DNA of 53,987 bases from an uncultured Actinomycetes bacterium (GCA_937128055.1 CAKZMC010000160.1:1-53987); one strand, 5' to 3'. Positions 1 through 10,349 are shown, numbered from the stretch's first letter. Program-made: numbers and translations. Notes: generated by a model not told the origin, from the sequence alone.

Positions 1-210
1 GCCGAGTAATGGTCTCGCTCCGCAGGCTGCGCTGCGACCAACTCGGCCGTTCCCGGGCAAGCTGGGTGGAGATCCCTTCCTTCTTCCAGGCCGGGCCGCC
101 GTGCAGTGGTCTCGCCACGCAGAGCGCGCGAGAAAGGTCGAAGGACCTCATAAGAGGGCGCCGTGATATGATGTGAATTGCAGGAAGAGACGCGGATAGG
201 GGGGCTGCGA

Positions 211-1776
211 ATGGATAAACGGTATGTCCTGGTGAACGACGTGGGGACCACGGGGGTGCGGGCCGTTCTCTTCGACCGCGACGCCAATATCGTCCACGAA
301 ACCTATGCCGAGATCCCTCAGGTCTTTCCCAAGCCCGGCTGGACGGAACAGGACCCCCTGCTCCTCTACGAGAAATGCGTGGAGGTGACCCGGGAGACCC
401 TGCGGGCAGCGGGCGTGGGGCCGCCGCACATCGCGGCCATGGGCATCGCCACGCAGCGGGCCACCAGCCTCCTCTGGGACCGCGTGAGCGGGGAGCCGGT
501 GTACAACGCCATCACCTGGCAGGACACGCGCATGTCCGACGCGTGCGAGAAGGTCAACCGCAGCCCCCTCTTCCGCCTCCTGCACTTGCTTGGCAATATC
601 TACCAGAGAGTCGCCGTCCTCGGCGAGGGCCTGCGTCGCAACCGCCTGGGGAAGCTGCTCATCACCGCGGCGCATTTCACCGTCACCCCCGCGCAGTCCT
701 CCGCTCACGCCCGCTGGATCCTGGACAACGTGGAGGGGGCGGCGCGCAGGGCGGCGGCCAGGGAGCTGCTCTTCGGCACCGTTGATTCCTGGCTGGTCTG
801 GAAGTACACGAGGGGGGCGGTGCACGCCACCGACTACTCCAACGTCAGCGCGACCGGCATGTACGACCCCTTCGGCATGCGCTGGAGCCCGCTGCTCCTC
901 AAGCCCTTCGGGCTGCCGGGAGGGCTGCACCTGCCCGAGATCCGGGAAACCAGCGGCGACTTCGGGGTCACCGACGCTTTCGGGGAACCCATCCCCATAA
1001 GGAGCGTGGTGGCGGACCAGCAGGCCGCCCTCTTCGGGGAGGCCTGCTTCGAGCCAGGCAGCGTGAAGTGCACCAACGGGACGGGATCCTTCATCGACAT
1101 GAACACGGGCGGGGAGCCCATGGCATCGGTGCACAGGCTCACCCCCATGATCGCCTGGAGGATAGGGGGAAAGACCACCTACATGATCGAGGGAATAATT
1201 TCCAGCGCGGGCTCCTCCGTGCAGTGGCTGCGGGACAACCTGCAGATAATTGGGGATGCCGCTGAGTCGCAGGGGCTGGCGCAGTCATGCTCCGACTGCG
1301 GCGGGGTTTACTTGGTCCCCGCCTTCACCGGACTGACCGCCCCTTACTGGGACCCCTACGCGCGGGGCACGGTGATCGGCCTCACCCGCGCCACCACCCG
1401 CGAGCAGGTGGTGCGGGCTACCCTGGAGTCCATAGCCTACCAGTGCCGCGACGTCATCGAGGCCATGCGGGGGGATTCCGGCATAGAGGTGCGGTCTATC
1501 AAGGCGGACGGGGGAGCGTCCCGCAACGACTTCCTCATGCAGTTCCTGGCGGACATCCTCGATATCCAGGTGGAGCGCCCGCAGATGCTCGAGGCCACCG
1601 CCCTGGGCGCCGCCTACCTGGCGGGGATGGCGGCGGGCTTGTGGAAATACCCCGACGACATCCTGGGAACCAGGAAGGTGGAGAGGGTCTTCGCGCCGCG
1701 CATGGACGCCGCCGCCCGGGAGGAGCTCTACGCGGGATGGAAAAGGGCGGTGGAGAGGGCGCGCCACTGGGCTTGA
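211..1776 (+). CDS. FGGY-family glycerol kinase-like protein (GK5-like insertion)
   Basis: DVGTTG, ATQR, ITWQD, DQQAALFG and DGGAS motifs. Extra segment after WQD resembles eukaryotic GK5. ATG at 211; the ORF track starts at TTG 178. Confidence 0.9.
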   Translation: MDKRYVLVNDVGTTGVRAVLFDRDANIVHETYAEIPQVFPKPGWTEQDPLLLYEKCVEVTRETLRAAGVGPPHIAAMGIATQRATSLLWDRVSGEPVYNAITWQDTRMSDACEKVNRSPLFRLLHLLGNIYQRVAVLGEGLRRNRLGKLLITAAHFTVTPAQSSAHARWILDNVEGAARRAAARELLFGTVDSWLVWKYTRGAVHATDYSNVSATGMYDPFGMRWSPLLLKPFGLPGGLHLPEIRETSGDFGVTDAFGEPIPIRSVVADQQAALFGEACFEPGSVKCTNGTGSFIDMNTGGEPMASVHRLTPMIAWRIGGKTTYMIEGIISSAGSSVQWLRDNLQIIGDAAESQGLAQSCSDCGGVYLVPAFTGLTAPYWDPYARGTVIGLTRATTREQVVRATLESIAYQCRDVIEAMRGDSGIEVRSIKADGGASRNDFLMQFLADILDIQVERPQMLEATALGAAYLAGMAAGLWKYPDDILGTRKVERVFAPRMDAAAREELYAGWKRAVERARHWA

Positions 1777-1815
1777 GGCGCTTGAAGGTTACGCGGGAGG
1801 GGGCCCTTTCTGCAC

Positions 1816-1872
1816 TTGACAAGCGGCTCGATGATGCTTACGTTGGAATTATCTAAAGTTGAAGTTAACTTG
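1816..1872 (+). promoter_or_regulatory. sigma70-type promoter with MerR-type dyad
   Basis: TTGACA (1816-1821), 17-bp spacer, TACGTT (1839-1844). Perfect palindrome AAGTTAACTT at 1862-1871, upstream of an operon containing a MerR gene. Confidence 0.55.
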
Positions 1873-1965
1873 AAATCATGACCACGAGATGGCTATGCCC
1901 GGTTTCCCGGCGGCGTTGACGCCCGGGATCCCACGCGAGGCGTGGGGAGAAAAGGAGGTGCCGCC

Positions 1966-3597
1966 ATGTCCCTTCCGGATAGAAACAACCCCTATACCTT
2001 CCAGCCCTACCTGGAATGGCGCAAAGGCGTCGATTACTACGCCGATGACCCCTTCCTCCAGAAGATGCTGCGCGTTTTCGCGGGTCCCGAGGCAGAGGCG
2101 ATCGACCGCGAGGCCAGGGAGTTCTCGCGCAAGGCTTCCTTCCGCTGGCGCGATCTCGCGGAAAGGATAGCCACGCCGGAGAACCGTCCCTACATGCAGC
2201 ATTACGACGGGCACGGTAACCGCATCGACCGCATCGTGCGGCCTTACGAGGTCGAGGTCATGGAGAGGGAGATCTTCTCGGAGGGCATGTTCTCCGACGC
2301 CGTCTCCCCCTGGACGCGCTTCATGAAGATATTCCTCCTCAGCGAGAACTCCGAGGCGGGGGTGGTGTGCCCGCTGGCCTGCACGTGGGGCATGGTGGCG
2401 CTCCTGGAAAAATACGCAGATAGCACCGAGACCAAGCGCATCCTCTCGCACGTGAAGGAAGGCATCGACGGCGAGTTCGCCATCGGAGCCCAGTTCGTCA
2501 CCGAGATCCAGGGAGGGAGCGACGTGCCCGCAAACCTGGTGGAGGCGGTGGAGGAGGGCGGGGCGTGGCGCATATACGGGAGGAAGTTCTTCTGCTCGGC
2601 CGCCCACGCCGACTACGCGGTGGTCACGGCGAAACCCCGCGGCTCCGAGCGCGTGGGCTGTTTCCTCGTCCCCATGTGGCTGGACAAGGAGAGGGAGATA
2701 CGCAACGGCTACACCATCGACCGCCTCAAGTGGAAGCTGGGCACGGTGGAGCTGCCCACCGCCGAGATCACCTTCGACGGCGCTCTCGCCCACCCCGTGG
2801 GGCCCCTGGACAGGGGGGTGGCGGTGGTGGTAGGGATCGTGCTCACCATATCCCGCCTGGTGGTGGGCATAGGGGGAGGAGCGGGAATGGCGCGGGGATG
2901 GCGCGAAGGCCGCGCCTACGCATCCTTCCGCACCGCTTTCGGGCTGCCCCTGGAAATGTTCCCCATGGTGGTCGCGCAGCTCGCGGATTACGAGAGGTAC
3001 ACCAGGCGCACCATCGCCGGGAGCTTCAGGCTCTACCGCGATTTCATGCGCCTCCCCGGGGGGCTCGCCCCCGGCCTCACCACGCAGGAACCACTGGACC
3101 TGAAGAGAAGGCGCTTCGAGGTGCGCCAGCTGGTCATGCTGCAGAAGATCACCGTGGCCTCGGACACCAACGACTTCGCCCGCAAGGGCATCAGCCTCTT
3201 CGGGGGCCACGGCGTCATGGAAGACTTTTCCATCTTCCCCCGCATGCTGAGGGATGGCCTCGTGAACGAGCTGTGGGAAGGTCCCCGCAACGTGTTGCTC
3301 ACGCAGATGCACCGCGATTTTCAGCGGGTGGCGGAATGGTACCCCGCGGACGAGTTCGTGGCCTCCGTGCTGCGGGGAGCGGATCCCTCCCTGGTCGAGG
3401 ATTTTACGCGGGAAATACGAGAGCTTCTCTCCCTGCCCCATCTCTTCGAGATGAACGAGAGAACGCTGGAGATCTGCGCACGTTGGGACGACTTCTGCTC
3501 CCGCTTCTTCCATGCCTACCAGGACCTTGCCCTCGCCGAGGCGGAGTCGGAGGCGGGGGCGAGGGAGTACGCGGCCGGGCAGCCGGCGGGAAGATGA
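1966..3597 (+). CDS. acyl-CoA dehydrogenase, AidB-like
   Basis: CPLACT, AQFVTEIQGGSDV, GRKFFCS, RLKWKLG, GGHGVME and LWEGPRNV motifs. SD AGGAGGT precedes ATG 1966. Confidence 0.9.
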   Translation: MSLPDRNNPYTFQPYLEWRKGVDYYADDPFLQKMLRVFAGPEAEAIDREAREFSRKASFRWRDLAERIATPENRPYMQHYDGHGNRIDRIVRPYEVEVMEREIFSEGMFSDAVSPWTRFMKIFLLSENSEAGVVCPLACTWGMVALLEKYADSTETKRILSHVKEGIDGEFAIGAQFVTEIQGGSDVPANLVEAVEEGGAWRIYGRKFFCSAAHADYAVVTAKPRGSERVGCFLVPMWLDKEREIRNGYTIDRLKWKLGTVELPTAEITFDGALAHPVGPLDRGVAVVVGIVLTISRLVVGIGGGAGMARGWREGRAYASFRTAFGLPLEMFPMVVAQLADYERYTRRTIAGSFRLYRDFMRLPGGLAPGLTTQEPLDLKRRRFEVRQLVMLQKITVASDTNDFARKGISLFGGHGVMEDFSIFPRMLRDGLVNELWEGPRNVLLTQMHRDFQRVAEWYPADEFVASVLRGADPSLVEDFTREIRELLSLPHLFEMNERTLEICARWDDFCSRFFHAYQDLALAEAESEAGAREYAAGQPAGR

Positions 3598-3673
3598 GGG
3601 GCGGATGCGCGGGGCACCCGGGAAGGCGGGGGGGAAGCCGCGCAACGAGGTGGTCGCGGGGCGCGAGAGGAAG

Positions 3674-4240
3674 ATGACCATCTCCGAGCTGGCGCGCGAG
3701 TTCGGCATCGCCCCCAGCGCCATCAGGTATTACGAGGAGGTGGGGCTGCTCTCCCCCCACCGCGACTCCCCCAGGAGCCAGCGGCTCTACGACGACAGGG
3801 ACCGGGCGCGCCTCAAGCTCATCCTGCGCGGAAAGCGCTTCGGATACTCCCTCTCCGAGCTCGCCGACATACTCGCGCTCTACGATGTCGACCCCACCCA
3901 GGAGAAACAGATCGTGCGCACCCTGGAGTACGGGTTTCAACACATCCGCGAGATAGACGAGAGGATAGAGGAACTCCTCGAGATCCGCGGCGAGATGCTG
4001 GAGTTCGCCGAGGCTTTCCTCGCCATGCTGGAGAGGAAGGAGGGGAAGGAGGGGGAGAGAAGGGAATTCGTCGAGGCGGCGCGCAAGGTGATCGGGGAAC
4101 TGGGGGCGAGGGAATGGGGCACCGTTTCCAGGCCGGCGAGGGGGGCCTCCGCGGCGGGTGGTTCGCGGGCAGGGAGCGGCAAACAGGGCGCGGGGAGAGG
4201 AGGCCGTGGTTCCGCAGGTAGGATTTCCAGGGAGGGATGA
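3674..4240 (+). CDS. MerR-family transcriptional regulator (LiuR-like)
   Basis: MTISELAREFGI...IRYYEEVGLL...RLKLILRGKRFGYSL HTH, typical of acyl-CoA-linked MerR regulators. Confidence 0.9.
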   Translation: MTISELAREFGIAPSAIRYYEEVGLLSPHRDSPRSQRLYDDRDRARLKLILRGKRFGYSLSELADILALYDVDPTQEKQIVRTLEYGFQHIREIDERIEELLEIRGEMLEFAEAFLAMLERKEGKEGERREFVEAARKVIGELGAREWGTVSRPARGASAAGGSRAGSGKQGAGRGGRGSAGRISREG

Positions 4241-5478
4241 GGATGTTCGACTTCATCATGAGCGAGGAGCAGAAGGGGCTGCAGGATGAGGTGCGCGACC
4301 TGGTAAGCTGGGTCCCGCGCCAGCTCATACTGGACATGGACGCCATGATCGCGCCTTTTCCCAGGTTTTTCCTGGAGGAGGCGGGGCGGAGGAAGCTCCT
4401 GGGCCTGCGCTTCCCCGAGCAGTACGGGGGCCGCGGCCTGAAGTGGGAGGACGAGATCATCGCCATCTCCGAGATGTCCCTGGTGGGCGTGCCCCTGACC
4501 TGCCTCTACTCGCTGGTGAGCATCGTGGGAGAGTGCATAGTGCAGTTCGGGAACGAGGACCAAAAGGAGCGCTTCCTGGTCCCCACCCTCAAGGGCAAGA
4601 AGGTGTGCGCGGAGGCGCTCACCGAGCCGCGCGGCGGCTCCGACTTCTTCGGGGCCACCTGCACGGCCCGCCGCGAGGGGGACCACTACGTCCTGCACGG
4701 CCAGAAGCGCTTCATCGTGGGCGCGGAGGGTGCCGATTACTTCATGGTCTACGCGCGCACCGATCCGGACGCCCCTCCCCGCGACGGCCTGAGCTGCTTC
4801 CTGGTGGAGCGGGACGGCAGCGTGGAGGTAAAAACGGTATACGGGCTCATGGGGGCGCGGGGAAGCGGCACCGGCAGGGTACTCTTCCGGGACACCAGGG
4901 TTCCCGCGGAGAACCTGGTGGGAGAGGAAAACGGCGCCTCCCACATCTTCTACCGCATGATGGTTCCCGAGCGCATGACCTCTGCGGCGGGCTGCGTGGG
5001 GGCTGCGCGAGAGGCCATCGATCTCGCCGCCCGCTACACCACGCGGCGCAAGGCCTTCGGGGTGACCATCAAGAACTTCCAGGCGGTGAACTTCATGATT
5101 GCGGAGAGCCTGGTGAAGCTGGACGCCATGGCCAGCCTCATCTGGATGACGGCACGGGCCATCGACGCCGGCATCCCCCACGGCAGGATGCGGCGCATGG
5201 TTTCGGAAGCGAAGAAGTTCGCCACCGAGGCCGTTTGGGACATATGCTACAACGCCATGCAGGCCATGGGGGGCATCGCGTACACCAACGTCTACCCCAT
5301 CGAGAGGATGCTGCGCGACTCCCGCCTTCTCTCCATCTGGACGGGCACCAACCAGATCATGAACCTCATCATCCAGCACGAGTTCTACAAGGAGCTGGAA
5401 GAGCAGGTGAAGGGAAAGAGGGACGTGGAGCTGGACGCCCCGGAGGCCTTCAACGAGGAGGAGAAGATCTACGAGTAG
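4237..5478 (+). CDS. acyl-CoA dehydrogenase
   Basis: ALTEPRGGSD, GQKRFI, FQAV and GGIAY...IWTGTNQI motifs. ATGA overlap with the MerR stop codon. Confidence 0.92.
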   Translation: MRMFDFIMSEEQKGLQDEVRDLVSWVPRQLILDMDAMIAPFPRFFLEEAGRRKLLGLRFPEQYGGRGLKWEDEIIAISEMSLVGVPLTCLYSLVSIVGECIVQFGNEDQKERFLVPTLKGKKVCAEALTEPRGGSDFFGATCTARREGDHYVLHGQKRFIVGAEGADYFMVYARTDPDAPPRDGLSCFLVERDGSVEVKTVYGLMGARGSGTGRVLFRDTRVPAENLVGEENGASHIFYRMMVPERMTSAAGCVGAAREAIDLAARYTTRRKAFGVTIKNFQAVNFMIAESLVKLDAMASLIWMTARAIDAGIPHGRMRRMVSEAKKFATEAVWDICYNAMQAMGGIAYTNVYPIERMLRDSRLLSIWTGTNQIMNLIIQHEFYKELEEQVKGKRDVELDAPEAFNEEEKIYE

Positions 5479-6127
5479 GCGGCTTCCCGGGCGGAACCGC
5501 GGGGCCGGTCGTCCCGCCGCCCGCTTTCGGTGCCCAGGAGGCCAGGATGGGGCGCATGATCACCGACGCCGCCTCCTCACCCCGCGGCAGCAGCCAGTCC
5601 TCCTCGAAGGCAAGCATGTAGGTGAGGAAGAAGAAGATGAGCACCAGGACCCAGGCCAGGTAAGCGGGATCGAGGGAAGGGTCGAGCGTCCCCTCCTTGA
5701 TCCCCGCTTCCACCAGGCTGCGGATATCCCCCGCCCTGTCGGCGAGCAGGCTTTCGATGTTTTCCTGGAATTCGCGGGCCGCCGCCTCCGAAACCGTGTT
5801 CACCACTATGCGCAGCATATCCGGGTTCTCCTCGCAGAAGCGCAGGTGGGCGCGCATGAGCAGGTCGGCGAGTTCCGTGAAATCCCTGGCGGGAGGCAGC
5901 TCCCGCCAGAGGTTCTCCACGATGGCGGTATAGACCTCGTTGCGCACGGCGTAGAAGAGCTCGCGCTTGGAGGGGAAGTGGCGGTAGATGGCCCGCTTGG
6001 TGATACCCGCGGCCCGCGCGATGTCCGCCATGGAGGCCCCGTCGTAGTTCTTGGCGGCGAAGGCCTTGAGGGCGGCCGCGACGATGAGCGGGCGGCGGTT
6101 TCTCCTGGAAGATTTTACCTCAGCCAT
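5450..6127 (-). CDS. TetR/AcrR-family regulator
   Basis: N-terminal HTH ASMADIARAAGITKRAIYRHFPSKREL. Confidence 0.88.
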   Translation of the reverse strand: MAEVKSSRRNRRPLIVAAALKAFAAKNYDGASMADIARAAGITKRAIYRHFPSKRELFYAVRNEVYTAIVENLWRELPPARDFTELADLLMRAHLRFCEENPDMLRIVVNTVSEAAAREFQENIESLLADRAGDIRSLVEAGIKEGTLDPSLDPAYLAWVLVLIFFFLTYMLAFEEDWLLPRGEEAASVIMRPILASWAPKAGGGTTGPAVPPGKPPTRRSSPPR

Positions 6128-6131
6128 CGCG

Positions 6132-6749
6132 TCAGCCCTCGATGCGGCCGGTGGTGGAGATGCTCGAGAGCAACCTGTCCACCAGGTCCAGGTAGGTGCG
6201 CTTGTCGTTAAAGGGGACCTCCAGGCCCAGCGCGTTGGCGATATAGACGATCTCCATGAGGGCGACGAAGCTCCAGGCGAATTCCATGGCGTTCACGTCG
6301 TCTGTCGCCTCACCCCGCCGCTGCGCCTCCTCGATCATGTAGGAAACCGCCGCGTAGAGGTGGTGCAGGCGGTCCACGGGGGTGCGGTGGAAGCCGCCGC
6401 GGCCGAGCTCCGGTATGGAGTAATAATATGCCCGCATCTTGCTGCGGTGACGCCTGGTGAAGTCGAAGGCCGCCTCCGCGGCCTCGCGCAAGCCCGCCAG
6501 TGGGTTGCTTTGCTTCAGGACGCGCATGACCACGTAGCGGGAAAGCTCCTTGACGGTGCGGTGCCGGAGGCATTCCACCAGGTCCCGCTTGTCCTCGAAG
6601 TGCTGGTAGAGGATGGGCTCGGTGATGCCCGCCTCGGCGGCGATGTCCGCCGTGGTGCATGAGTAGTACCCGCGCCGCGCCAGGCAACGTTCCGCCGCCT
6701 TCAAGATGCTCTCCCTGCGCTTCTCCGCCGGCAGCCTCTTCCTGGCCAT
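6132..6749 (-). CDS. TetR/AcrR-family regulator
   Basis: HTH TTADIAAEAGITEPILYQHFEDKRDL. Confidence 0.9.
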   Translation of the reverse strand: MARKRLPAEKRRESILKAAERCLARRGYYSCTTADIAAEAGITEPILYQHFEDKRDLVECLRHRTVKELSRYVVMRVLKQSNPLAGLREAAEAAFDFTRRHRSKMRAYYYSIPELGRGGFHRTPVDRLHHLYAAVSYMIEEAQRRGEATDDVNAMEFAWSFVALMEIVYIANALGLEVPFNDKRTYLDLVDRLLSSISTTGRIEG

Positions 6750-6939
6750 GCCCTTCCCTTTCCGCGCTTCCTCAAACGTTCACGGGAGTTAAAATAACAA
6801 TCCCCATGTTAAAAGAACCAGTTACTAATGATAATAACCGTGACGGGTATATGATAGCACGCTTTTGGGGCGCTATCTCAAGGACGCCTCTTTCATTACA
6901 GGCGGTTTTGCTATGAGGACGCTCTCCCTGCCGCCACCC

Positions 6940-7349
6940 CTAGCGGGGAAAGCCGAAGCGCTTCTGTATGCGGGCCACCGCCTTGAGCAGCAAGGGGTAC
7001 TGGCGGGCCCTCATCCCAAGGAAGCGGGTCTGGATGAACTCCAGGATGATTCCCGTAGATTCGGCGGTATCCAGGTAAGCGTAGTCGATGGTCATGCCCA
7101 ATTGTTTCAGGGTGCCCCGCTGCAGGATCCCGATCCCCTGCTCGCGGGCCGCCTCCAGCCTCTCCTCCAGGTTGTCCACGGTGAAGCCCAGGTGGTGCAG
7201 GCCTTCCTCGCGGTCTCCCCCTCCAGCACCAGCCAGGGACCGATACCGAAGACGTCCTCGAGCTGCCTTATGGTGCTGTCCATGTCTCTTACCACCACGC
7301 CGACCTGGGCCAGCCTGGGCATATGCAGGTCCTTCGCCGTGCTCCTCAC
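6940..7349 (-). pseudogene. VOC/glyoxalase (methylmalonyl-CoA epimerase-like) gene with internal deletion and frameshift
   Basis: N-half (QVGVVVRD...FGIGPW) and C-half (EGLHHLGF...YAYLDT...ILEFIQ) lie in different frames and join at about 7212-7218. The middle of the VOC fold is missing. Confidence 0.7.
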
Positions 7350-7984
7350 GCGCCCCCTCCTTGCCGTTTTCTGGGCGGCAGCCTGACGAGGATATTCGCC
7401 GCCCCTTGCACCAGGCTCTCCTCGTATACCTCGCGTGGGTACATACGGTATTTCATCCAGTGCAGCGCGGTGGACTCCACCATCCCCACCAGCATCACCG
7501 CCGTTATGTAGATCTTTTCCGCCGGCACGGCCTCCGTGTCCGTGTAGTATCGCACCCTCTCGTTGACCAGGTCGATGATGCCCGAGCGGATCTCGGTCAC
7601 GCGCTCCTGTGCCTGGCTGTCCACGTTGAGGTCGGTGTCGTATATGAGGCGAAAGCCGGCCTCGGATTCCTCCACGAAATCGAAGTAGGAGCGCACCGCG
7701 TGGCGGATGGCGGTGATCCAGTTCACCTGGCTGGTATCCGGCTTGAGAAGCGACTGGCGCAGGTTCTCCCCGGAACGGTCTATGATGGCCAGGAGCAGGT
7801 CGAGCTTGCTCGGGAAATGGCGATAGAGGATGGGCTTGGTTACGTCCGCCCTCTCGGCGATGGTCTCCATGAGCGCGCCGTGGTAACCGAACTCGACGAA
7901 GGCGTCCAGGGCCGCATCGAGGATGACCTTCCTGCGCTCCGACGCGGGGAGCCGCTTCTTCACGCGGTTCTCGTTCTTCTCCAT
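7346..7984 (-). CDS. TetR/AcrR-family regulator
   Basis: HTH METIAERADVTKPILYRHFPSKLDL. Confidence 0.9.
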   Translation of the reverse strand: MEKNENRVKKRLPASERRKVILDAALDAFVEFGYHGALMETIAERADVTKPILYRHFPSKLDLLLAIIDRSGENLRQSLLKPDTSQVNWITAIRHAVRSYFDFVEESEAGFRLIYDTDLNVDSQAQERVTEIRSGIIDLVNERVRYYTDTEAVPAEKIYITAVMLVGMVESTALHWMKYRMYPREVYEESLVQGAANILVRLPPRKRQGGGA

Positions 7985-8123
7985 GGGTTCACCTGGAAAC
8001 ATATTACCATTCTTCCGGCAACCATCAAACCGGTATTACGAGGAGGGTTCCCCGACCTTTTCCCCCGAAGACGCCTGCCGAGATGATACGACATTTGAGG
8101 GCGGGCCGGCTTCGATCGGGCAG

Positions 8124-10349
8124 TCAATGGGGCACCGTGAAGCTGAAGGCCGAGCCCCCCTCCGGCGTTGATTCCACCCACAACCTGCCGCCCCATTTCG
8201 ACACCATGCGCTGCGCTGAGGAAAGCCCGATCCCGAAGCCCGGAGACCCCCTGTCCAGCTGCCGGAAGGGCTCGAAGAGCGTGGCCCGTTCCTCCTCCGG
8301 TATGCCGGGCCCGTTGTCCCTTACCGTGATCACCGTCTCGCCCTCTCCCGGCAGGGAGCTCACCTCCACCAGGGGACTTGCGGCCGTGCAGTTATGCTTG
8401 ACCGCGTTTTCCACCAGGTTGAAGAGGACCTGCCGCAGCAGGACGGGGTCGGCGACCACCGTCTCCCGTTGCAGGGAGAGCACGAGGCTGGCGCGGGACG
8501 CCTGGTTCACCACCCTCAGCTCATCCCAGATTTCCCTGACCACATCCTCGATGTCCACCTCCGCCTGCTTCCAGGGCTGCAGGCCGTAGCGCGCCATCTC
8601 CATGATGGAGTCGATTATCCTCTCCATGCCCCGGCAGGCCTTGAGGATGTAGGAAAAGTACTCCATCTCCTCGGGGGTGCACCTTCCCTCCGCGGCGTCG
8701 CGGGCCAGGCGTGCGAATCCGTCGATGCTGGTCAGGGGGGCGCGGAGGTCGTGGGAGACGATCTCGGCGAAGGACGACAGGTCCTCCATGCGCTCCCGCA
8801 GCCCCTCTTCCAGCTCCTTCCGAGAGGTGATGTCCAGGTCCATGCAGAAGGCCTCGATACAGGCACCGCGGTGCATGACCGGGAAGATGGTGGAGTAGAC
8901 CCAGCGATGGTTTCCAAGGCGGTCGCGGGTCAGCCATTCCCGCGCCGGAGAGGGCACGCCCGTTTCCCAGATACCGTGCAGCTCTTCCAGGAATTCCCGT
9001 GCCGCGGCGGCATCCAGGATGAGCTGGTCCAGGGTCTTCCCCAGGGCCTCCTCCCTCCGGTAACCGTAAAGCTCCTCCGAGGCCCGGTTCCAGTAGGTTA
9101 CCCGCCCGTCGTGATCGTATCCCTGCACGGCCACCATCGGCGCCTGGTCGATGGCGGCCTTGAAGCGCGTCTCGGCCTCCTCGGAAACGCGGCTCTCCAA
9201 CTCCTCCGCATCGGCGGGGAGTTCCTTGACCAGCGACAGGAGCAGCTTCTCATCGTCCCCCTCCAGCGTGGTGGCGGTGACCGCAACCTTTTTAAGCGTG
9301 CCGTCCTTGCATTGCACCGTTCCCAAGAAGCCGAAGAATTCTCCCCGCTTTGCCTTCAGCAGCTCGGCTTCGGAGATGTCGCGCTCCTGCGGGATGTGCA
9401 GGTCCTGCACGTGCATGGAGAGAAGATCCTCCCTGTCGTAGCCGCAAAGGCGCGAGGCGGCGGGGTTGATCTGGAGTATCTTTCCCTCCATATCATGGAG
9501 GAATACGGCGTCGCTCGCCTGCTCGAAGAGCAGCCCCCACCTTTCCTCGGCCTGCCTCGCCCTGGCTTCGGAGCGCCTCTGCTCCGTCACGTCCCGCAGG
9601 ACCGCAAGGGTGTAGGAACCCTCGGCATCCTGGCTGGCGGAGGCGGTGAGCTCCAGGCAGATCTCGTGCCCGTCCCGGTGGAGAGCCCACATTTCGTAGG
9701 TCGGGGGCGGGGGCAGTTCCTTCCCGGCCTGGCGGCGCCGGTATCTGTCCATGATCATCTCCCTCCACGAGGGTGCGGCGAAGTCGATGAAGGGCCGGGA
9801 GTAAAATTCCTCCGCGCCGTATCCGAGCATTTCGCAGAGCTTGGGATTGACGTAGATGGCGCGGTCATCGCGCAGCAGGGCGATGCCGGCGTTGACGTTT
9901 TCCACCAGGTGGCGGTAGCGAGCTTCCGTCTGCTCCCTCTCACGGCGGTCACGGCATGCCTCCCACTGTTTGCGGATGGTAAGCGCCACGCGCTTGAACT
10001 GCAGGAGCCCGGAGCGCTTGATGATGTAGTCGTCCGCCCCCATGCGCAGGGCCTCCGAGGCCACCTCCTCGTTCCCGTGGCCGGTGAGGATGATGAAGGG
10101 GATCTTGCTGTCCCCCTCCCGCACTTTCTTCAGGAGGTCCAGCCCGCTTATCCCCGGGCCCAAGAGGTAATCGCTCAGGATCACCCCGTACCCTCCCTCC
10201 TCTATCAGCCGCAGCGCCTCCTCGCCGCTGGTCACGGAGGTGATCTTCAGGTCGGGATCCTCCCGCTCCAGGCTGCGCTTGATGAGGAGCGCATGGTCCG
10301 GGTTGTCCTCAACGTGAAGAACGCGGATGCTTTCACGCAAAGCGTACAC
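8124..10349 (-). CDS. hybrid sensor histidine kinase (receiver + 3 PAS + HisKA/HATPase)
   Basis: N-terminal receiver (VEDNPD, SDY, LTGHG, IIK), three PAS-like repeats, H-box SHDLRAPL, N-box NLVENAVKH, G-boxes DNGPGI and GIGL. Confidence 0.92.
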   Translation of the reverse strand: MYALRESIRVLHVEDNPDHALLIKRSLEREDPDLKITSVTSGEEALRLIEEGGYGVILSDYLLGPGISGLDLLKKVREGDSKIPFIILTGHGNEEVASEALRMGADDYIIKRSGLLQFKRVALTIRKQWEACRDRREREQTEARYRHLVENVNAGIALLRDDRAIYVNPKLCEMLGYGAEEFYSRPFIDFAAPSWREMIMDRYRRRQAGKELPPPPTYEMWALHRDGHEICLELTASASQDAEGSYTLAVLRDVTEQRRSEARARQAEERWGLLFEQASDAVFLHDMEGKILQINPAASRLCGYDREDLLSMHVQDLHIPQERDISEAELLKAKRGEFFGFLGTVQCKDGTLKKVAVTATTLEGDDEKLLLSLVKELPADAEELESRVSEEAETRFKAAIDQAPMVAVQGYDHDGRVTYWNRASEELYGYRREEALGKTLDQLILDAAAAREFLEELHGIWETGVPSPAREWLTRDRLGNHRWVYSTIFPVMHRGACIEAFCMDLDITSRKELEEGLRERMEDLSSFAEIVSHDLRAPLTSIDGFARLARDAAEGRCTPEEMEYFSYILKACRGMERIIDSIMEMARYGLQPWKQAEVDIEDVVREIWDELRVVNQASRASLVLSLQRETVVADPVLLRQVLFNLVENAVKHNCTAASPLVEVSSLPGEGETVITVRDNGPGIPEEERATLFEPFRQLDRGSPGFGIGLSSAQRMVSKWGGRLWVESTPEGGSAFSFTVPH

